Part shown: positions 58,386 through 64,000 of the stretch, in pieces
How positions within the stretch are numbered: the stretch's first letter is position 1
Layout of the letters: every line of letters begins with the position of its first letter
From: Terriglobia bacterium
GTDB taxonomy: Bacteria > Acidobacteriota > Polarisedimenticolia > Polarisedimenticolales > JAIQFR01
NCBI GenBank assembly: GCA_963748015.1
Contig: CAVVHE010000004.1
Span: 800,001-864,000, forward strand
DNA length: 64,000 bases
Reading direction: 5' to 3'
Notes under the pieces: generated by a model
What the model saw: only the letters and a program-made list of their open reading frames with translations
Database searches by the model: none
What the model was told of the DNA's origin: nothing
Made by a program: the position numbers and the translations under genes

Positions 58386-59729
58386 TCAGCTCTCGGGCCA
58401 GGCGGGGTTCTCGAAACGGGTGAACTCGCGGATGAACACCAGATCGACGGTGTCGGTCGGCCCGTTCCGCTGCTTGCCGATGATCAGCTCGGCCTTGCCC
58501 CGGAGTTCGGGATCGTTCTTCTTGTAGATCTCCTCGCGGAAGAGGAAGAGGACCACGTCCGCGTCCTGCTCGATCGCCCCCGACTCGCGCAGGTCGCTCA
58601 GCTGCGGACGGCGGTCGCCGCTCCGCTGCTCGGGGGCGCGGGAGAGCTGCGAGAGTGCTAAGACCGGGATGGAGAGCTCCTTCGCGATTTCCTTCAGGGA
58701 TCGGGAGATGTCGGAGATCTCCTGCTGGCGGCTCTCGTAGCGCCCGCGTCCGCTCATCAGCTGCAGATAGTCGACCACGAGGAGGTCGAGCCCCCGCTCG
58801 AGCTTGAGCCGCCGAGCCTTGGCGCGCATCTCCATGATCGCCGCCCCGGCCGTATCGTCGATGTAGATGGGGGAGGCCGACAACTCGCCGTACGTCGCAA
58901 TGATCCGCTGCCACTCGTCCGAGTCCACCCGCCCCGTGCGCAAACGGTGGGCGTCCACCCGCGCCTCGGAGCACAGCAGACGGAAGAACAGCTGCTGGTG
59001 CGACATCTCCAGCGAGAAGACCCCGACGGTCTTCCCGCACCGGAGGGCGGCGTGGGCCGCGATGTTCAGGGCCAGCGTCGTCTTGCCCATCGACGGACGC
59101 GCCGCGAGGATCACCAGATCCGACGGCTGGAGTCCGGCGGTCAGCTCGTCGAGATAGAGGAACCCGCTCGGGATCCCCGTGACGAGCTCTCTCTTCTTGG
59201 TCAGCTCGTCGATGAGCGCGAAGCTCTTCTCCGCGACGGTCTTGATCGGCAGGAAGCCCGAGCGAAGGCGGTCCTCGGCGACCCTGAAGATGGCCTTCTC
59301 CGCCTCGTCGAGGATCTCGTCGGTCGGAGCGGGAGAGCGGAGGGAGGCTTCGAGGATCTGGTGCGCCGACCGGGCCAGCTCGCGGCGGACCGCCGTCTCC
59401 CTCACGATCCGGGCGTAGTGCTCGACGTTGCCCGAGCGCGGGACGCCGTCGACGAGCGAGGCGAGATAGGCGGGGCCTCCGCACGACTCGAGATCGCCGC
59501 TCTTCTCGAGCTCCGCCCGCAGCGTCACGAGGTCGAGCGCGGCCCCCGAGTCCGCGAGCGAGAGCAGCCCGACGAAGATCTTGCGATGGCGCGGTACGTA
59601 GAAGAAGTCCGGCCGGAGGAGCTCCTGCACCCGATGGAGCTGCTGGTTGTCGAGCAACACCGCTCCGAGGACGGATCGTTCCGCCTCGTCGGAATGCGGC
59701 AGCGCTTCAGGTGCGAGTTCCGAGGTCAT
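58386..59729 (-). CDS. dnaB: Replicative DNA helicase
   Basis: PHSDEAERSVLG, AARPSMGKT, FSLEM, DYLQL, LSQLSR, DLRESGAIEQDAD; no intein. Confidence 0.98.
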   Translation of the reverse strand: MTSELAPEALPHSDEAERSVLGAVLLDNQQLHRVQELLRPDFFYVPRHRKIFVGLLSLADSGAALDLVTLRAELEKSGDLESCGGPAYLASLVDGVPRSGNVEHYARIVRETAVRRELARSAHQILEASLRSPAPTDEILDEAEKAIFRVAEDRLRSGFLPIKTVAEKSFALIDELTKKRELVTGIPSGFLYLDELTAGLQPSDLVILAARPSMGKTTLALNIAAHAALRCGKTVGVFSLEMSHQQLFFRLLCSEARVDAHRLRTGRVDSDEWQRIIATYGELSASPIYIDDTAGAAIMEMRAKARRLKLERGLDLLVVDYLQLMSGRGRYESRQQEISDISRSLKEIAKELSIPVLALSQLSRAPEQRSGDRRPQLSDLRESGAIEQDADVVLFLFREEIYKKNDPELRGKAELIIGKQRNGPTDTVDLVFIREFTRFENPAWPES

Positions 59730-59794
59730 GGTCCGTGCGAGGGGTCGCCGGCCGGCGGCGACGGCGCGGATCTTAGCACAAGTCGCCGGGCGGG

Positions 59795-59823
59795 CTGACC
59801 GCCGATCCGCCGGATGTTATTCT
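59795..59823 (+). promoter_or_regulatory. Sigma70-like promoter of the phosphodiesterase-envC unit
   Basis: CTGACC-N17-TATTCT with extended TG; divergent TGcTAAGAT at 59770-59778 probably serves dnaB. Confidence 0.5.
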
Positions 59824-59868
59824 CTCGGGGTTCGCGTGCGCGGCGACGGACCGCAGGGGAGGGGTTGG

Positions 59869-62103
59869 ATGGAAGGATCCGGGAAGAAGGCGTTTCGGCT
59901 CTCCGTGCTGCTCGGGTGCGCGCTCGCCGCCGGGGCGGCGCTCGCGGCCGACCGCCCCAAGGTGGTGATCCTGGGTTTCGACGGGGCGGACAGCCGTCTG
60001 GTCGAGGAGTGGGTCAAGCGCGGTGCCCTCCCCAATCTCGCGCGCCTCCAGGAGGAAGGGGCTTATGCGCCGCTCACCCCCACGAACCCTCCGCAGACGC
60101 CCGTTTCCTGGTCGTCCTTCGCGACCGGAACGAACCCCGGCAAGACGGAGATCTTCGACTTTCTCAAGCGGAACCCGAAGGACTATCTCCCGGACTTCGC
60201 GATGAACAGCGAGGGGCGCCGGCGGGTCCTCTTCGGGGAGCGGAACGGGTTGGCTCTCGGGCTCGTGGCCGGCGGGTTGGTGTTCCTCCTGGCTCTCGGC
60301 GTGCTGCTGTTCACCCGCGTGAGCTGGCCCACCCGCGTTCTCGTCGGCGCCCTTGTCGGCATCGCGGCGGGGCTGCCCGTCGGGTTCGTGGCGAAGCGGT
60401 ACCTCCCGATGGAAGTTCCCACGGCGATCAACAACCGCAAGGGACAGACGCTCTGGGAGTTGGCTTCGAAGGCGGGCCTCAAGACGCAGGTCATCCGGGT
60501 GCCCGCGACCTTTCCCGCGGAGAAGGTCGAGGACGGGCACATGCTCTCGGGTCTCGGCGTGCCCGACATGCGGGGACGAGTCGGTACGCCCTCCTACTAC
60601 ACCTCGGATCCCGAGTTCCAGCCGGGAGACAACGAGTTCAGCCTCGAGCTGATACGCCTCCCGGCGCGACGCGGGCGGATCGAGACGAGGCTGGTCGGCC
60701 CCTACAACAAGCCGTTCTACGACTACGTCGTGGACCGGAAGACGGCGCGGGCCGAGCCGGCGGAGCGCGCGGACGCGCGGCGGCGCGTCCGCCAGCAGCT
60801 CGACGACGCCGGCGTTCGCCGGCGTATCGACCTCCCGATGGTGCTCGACGTGACGGACGCCGCCTGCACCATCACCGTGGCCGGACAGACGAAGACGGTG
60901 CACCCGGGAGAGTGGAGCGATTGGTTCACCTTCGACTTCCCGATCAACTGGGTGATCGACGCCGCCGCACCGATCCGCGGGATCGGGCGCTTCAAGCTGC
61001 TGAAGCTCGAGCCTCAGGTGGAGCTGTACCTCTCCCCGGTGAACTTCCATCCCTGCTGCCACCCCGTCGCGTTCTCGTGGCCGCCGTCCTATGCCGACGA
61101 GCTCTACGAGCGTTTCGGGCTGTACAAGACGATCGGCTGGCCCGAGGACACCTGGTCCCTCCCATCCGGGGTCGGGGACGAGACGCTCTTCCTCGAGGAC
61201 ATGTACTTCACGGTGAACAAGGACGAGCAGATCATGGAGGGGCTGCTCGGAGACGGAAAGGACGACCTCTACGTCCAGATCTTCTACTTCACCGACCGCA
61301 TCGGCCATCTGTTCTGGCAGTTCCTCGATCCGAATCATCCTCTCTACGAGCCCGGGAGGGCGGCGCGCTACGAGCCCGAGGTCCTCAAGGCGTACCAGCG
61401 GATGGACGAGATGGTCGGAAAGGCCCGGAAGCTCGCGGGTAAGGACGCGATCTTCATCGTCTGCTCCGACCACGGGTTCTCGTCGTTCCGGCGCGGGGTC
61501 AACTACAACACCTGGCTGGTCCGAAACGGATTCATGACGCTCAAAGGACAGAGCGAGACCACGAACCTCGAGAAGCTGTTCGACACCCGGGACCTCTTCG
61601 CCAGCGTCGACTGGTCGCGCACCAAGGCCTACGCGATCGGCCTCGGCAGCATCTACCTGAACGTGGCCGGGCGCGAGCGCGACGGCATCGTGATCCCGGG
61701 CGAGGACTACGAGAGGGTCCGGCGGCAGATCCGCGAGGGGCTCGAGGCGCTCGTGGACGAGAAGACCGGCGAGCGTCCGGTGACCCGGGTCTGGACGCGG
61801 GAGGAGATGTACACCGGCTTCGACCCCAACCTGATCCCCGACCTGAGGGCCGGGAGCAACCTGAACTACCGCGTGTCGTGGCAGACGAGCCTCGGAGGGG
61901 TTCCGCCCGATCTCATCGAAGACAACCGAAAGGCGTGGTCGGGGGACCACTGCTCCAACGATCCGGAGCTCGTCCGCGGCGTCTTCTTCTGCAGCCGGAA
62001 GATCAATACGAGCGAGCCGCGCATGGTGGACATCATGCCGACGGTCCTGAAGGCGCTCGGCGTGGCGGTCCCTCCGGAGGTCGATGGGAAACCGCTCTTC
62101 TGA
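59869..62103 (+). CDS. Alkaline phosphatase superfamily / type I phosphodiesterase with internal TM hairpin
   Basis: Signal peptide; VILGFDGAD, PQTPVSWSSFATG, TDRIGH, SDHGF, WSGDH. Confidence 0.88.
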   Translation: MEGSGKKAFRLSVLLGCALAAGAALAADRPKVVILGFDGADSRLVEEWVKRGALPNLARLQEEGAYAPLTPTNPPQTPVSWSSFATGTNPGKTEIFDFLKRNPKDYLPDFAMNSEGRRRVLFGERNGLALGLVAGGLVFLLALGVLLFTRVSWPTRVLVGALVGIAAGLPVGFVAKRYLPMEVPTAINNRKGQTLWELASKAGLKTQVIRVPATFPAEKVEDGHMLSGLGVPDMRGRVGTPSYYTSDPEFQPGDNEFSLELIRLPARRGRIETRLVGPYNKPFYDYVVDRKTARAEPAERADARRRVRQQLDDAGVRRRIDLPMVLDVTDAACTITVAGQTKTVHPGEWSDWFTFDFPINWVIDAAAPIRGIGRFKLLKLEPQVELYLSPVNFHPCCHPVAFSWPPSYADELYERFGLYKTIGWPEDTWSLPSGVGDETLFLEDMYFTVNKDEQIMEGLLGDGKDDLYVQIFYFTDRIGHLFWQFLDPNHPLYEPGRAARYEPEVLKAYQRMDEMVGKARKLAGKDAIFIVCSDHGFSSFRRGVNYNTWLVRNGFMTLKGQSETTNLEKLFDTRDLFASVDWSRTKAYAIGLGSIYLNVAGRERDGIVIPGEDYERVRRQIREGLEALVDEKTGERPVTRVWTREEMYTGFDPNLIPDLRAGSNLNYRVSWQTSLGGVPPDLIEDNRKAWSGDHCSNDPELVRGVFFCSRKINTSEPRMVDIMPTVLKALGVAVPPEVDGKPLF

Positions 62104-63244
62104 CGGCTGCCGGGCCGTTCCGGCCGTCGTGCTCGCGGCCGCCCTGGCGCTCGCGGGGAGTGCGCTCCCGGCGGAGGGGGACCCCCGCGGCGATCGGGTG
62201 CGCGCCATGCAGGAGGAGCTTCTCCGCCTGCGCGCCGAGATGGAAACGCTCGGCGAGCGCGAGAAGGGCGTCCTCGGCGAGGTGGCCCGCCTCGGCGCGC
62301 TCCTCCGCCTGCGCGATCGCGAGGCGCAGGAAGCGGCGCTGCGCCTCGAGGGGGTGAGGGCCGCCCTCGTCGAGCGGGAGGAGCGCGTCGCCGCGATCGA
62401 GACGGCTCAGGCGGAACGGGAGCGCCTCCTCCGGTCGCGGCTCCGGGAGATCTACAAGGGGGGCACCGACCTCGAGATGCGGCGCCTGCTCGGTGGGCCG
62501 AGCGCCGAAGCCTATCTCGAGGGACTCCGCTTCGCCTCCTACCTCAACGACCGCGACGCGCGGCTCCTCGAGAGCTGGCGCGTCGACCAGGGACGGCTTC
62601 GCTCGGAGGCGGAGGCGCTGGCGGAGGAGGAGAGGAGCCTCGAGCGGGTCCGGCAGGAAACGGAGAAGGCGAGGGCGGAGCTGGCGCGGAGCAGCGCCGA
62701 CCGATCGAGGCTTCTCGAGGCCATCCGGTCGGACCGCGCCAAGCACCAGGAGGCGATCGGGGACCTCGAGGGGGCCGCTCGCGAGCTCGGCCGGCTCGTC
62801 GATACCCTGGGCGGGAACGCTCGCGCTCCCGCCCTCGACGTGAGGAAGTTCCGCGGCCTGCTCGACTGGCCGGCCGAGGGGAGAGTCTCCGCTGACTTCG
62901 GGGACGCCGTGCACCCCCGGTTCCGCACGGTCGTTCCCCATCCTGGTCTCGACATCGACGCTCCCGACGGAGCGAGCTTCCGCTCGGTGTTCGACGGGCG
63001 CGTCGCGTTCGCCTCGTGGCTGCACGGATACGGCCTCACCGCGGTAGTGGACCACGGCAACGGGATCGTCTCCATCTACGCCCACGCCTCCACGCTCCTC
63101 GCGGGCGCGGGCGAAGAGGTGGCCCGCGGCCAGGTCTTGGGACAGGTCGGAGACACCGGCTCGCTCCGCGGCCCCTATCTCTACTTCGAGCTGAGGAGGG
63201 ACGGGAAACCGGTGGACCCGGGGTCGTGGCTTCGCAGGAAGTGA
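62084..63244 (+). CDS. EnvC-like murein hydrolase activator (coiled coil + M23 domain)
   Basis: Signal peptide, long coiled coil, LDWPAEG, GLDID, GYG, VDHG, LYFELR. Confidence 0.9.
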   Translation: MGNRSSDGCRAVPAVVLAAALALAGSALPAEGDPRGDRVRAMQEELLRLRAEMETLGEREKGVLGEVARLGALLRLRDREAQEAALRLEGVRAALVEREERVAAIETAQAERERLLRSRLREIYKGGTDLEMRRLLGGPSAEAYLEGLRFASYLNDRDARLLESWRVDQGRLRSEAEALAEEERSLERVRQETEKARAELARSSADRSRLLEAIRSDRAKHQEAIGDLEGAARELGRLVDTLGGNARAPALDVRKFRGLLDWPAEGRVSADFGDAVHPRFRTVVPHPGLDIDAPDGASFRSVFDGRVAFASWLHGYGLTAVVDHGNGIVSIYAHASTLLAGAGEEVARGQVLGQVGDTGSLRGPYLYFELRRDGKPVDPGSWLRRK

Positions 63245-63251
63245 CCGCGGG

Positions 63252-63280
63252 TTGCCAAGCCACCGGTCGAAGTGTAGCTT
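63252..63280 (+). promoter_or_regulatory. Sigma70-like promoter of the S41 protease gene
   Basis: TTGCCA-N17-TAGCTT. Confidence 0.55.
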
Positions 63281-63326
63281 GTCAGGAGCCCGTTCGAAGA
63301 ACGGGGAAGAGGGGAAGGATCGGCAA

Positions 63327-64000
63327 ATGTCGAAGAGCCGAATCGCGCTGCTGGCGGTCTCCGGGCTCGTCGTCCTGGCGCTTCTCGGCGGAGGCGTTCT
63401 CGCCCGTGTCGCGCCCGCGGAGGGGACCTACCGCCAGGTGATGCTCTTCTCCGAGATCTTCTCCCTCGTTCTCGACAACTACGTGGACGTGGTCGAACCG
63501 GAGGGGCTGCTCAAGGGAGCGCTCGACGGGATGATGGGAGGGCTCGACGCTCAGGGGGCGTACCTGTCCCCGGCCGAAGTCGCGCGCTGGAAGGAATCCA
63601 AGGGGACCGCCACGGCCGATCCGGGGGTGAGCGTCGTGAAGGCATTCGGCGCCCTCCAGGTGACGGCCGATCGTGCCGGGAACCCCCGCCGAGGACGCGA
63701 AGCTGGGCCGCGGCGACCAGATTCGGAGGATCGACGGCCGCTCCTTGAGAAACCTCTCGATGGAGCAGACGCTTCGCCTGCTGCGGGGCGAGCCGGGCTC
63801 CTCCGTCCGCCTGACGGTGCTCCACACGCGAGAGGGGTTCAAGCGCGAGGAGCTGACGCTCACGCGCGTCGTGCGCCCGGACCCGCCCTATCGCTTCGAG
63901 GTGCGCGACGGGATCGCGCTGCTCACGCCGAGCGACCTCCGGCGCATCGCCCCCGATTCGCTCGCAGCGGACCTCAAGGGGGCGCGCGACCGCGGAATCG
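63327..64000 (+). pseudogene. S41/CtpA-like carboxy-terminal protease, 3'-truncated, with an apparent 1-base frameshift (pseudogene or sequence error)
   Basis: MSKSRIALL...FSEIFSLVLDNYVD...GMMGGLD in one frame; the PDZ part IVPGTPAEDAKLGRGDQIRRIDG...LRGEPGSSVRL resumes at 63670 in the next frame. Confidence 0.75.

Noticed and set aside
62850..63244. Degenerate M23 active site as a novelty
   Set aside because: Loss of the HxH zinc ligands (YLYFE) is the normal feature of EnvC-type activators.
11..63863. Many long alternative-frame and antisense ORFs (e.g. 11-1582, 7085-9793, 8112-10415, 51708-53708, 59773-62208)
   Set aside because: Arg/Gly/Pro-rich shadow ORFs, expected at high GC and overlapping well-supported genes.

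Overview
GC-rich bacterial chromosomal window; the gene content suggests Acidobacteriota or a similar lineage, but that is inference only. Bases 1-21000 hold the distal part of a type VI secretion system (T6SS) locus: tssC (5'-truncated), hcp, tssE, tssF, tssG, clpV and a vgrG with a C-terminal transthyretin-like extension. An unusual accessory block follows: a LysM/PG-binding protein, a metzincin-like zinc-protease candidate effector, two tandem paralogous candidate immunity proteins (one without a signal, one lipoprotein), PAAR, a zinc-knuckle SAM methyltransferase and a three-repeat Pro/Gly-rich protein. A convergent two-gene unit encodes a single-chain TssB-TssC fusion and a hypothetical protein. 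The rest is mostly housekeeping: the asd-lysC-dapB-dapA-dapD-aminotransferase operon, mrp, a small CTAG-flanked MITE-like element, a sigma54 two-component system with outer-membrane protein and lipoprotein genes, and class I lysyl-tRNA synthetase. A long minus-strand run carries tRNA-Val, thrS, rpmI, rplT, pheST, zapB-like, zapA, 6S RNA, rny, ymdB, ispA, tlyA and nadK; it lacks infC and its RNase Y has a degenerate HD active site. The window ends with carA, a PIN-TRAM gene, dnaB, a phosphodiesterase, an envC-like gene and a frameshifted S41 protease. All calls come from motif recognition by eye; no searches were run.
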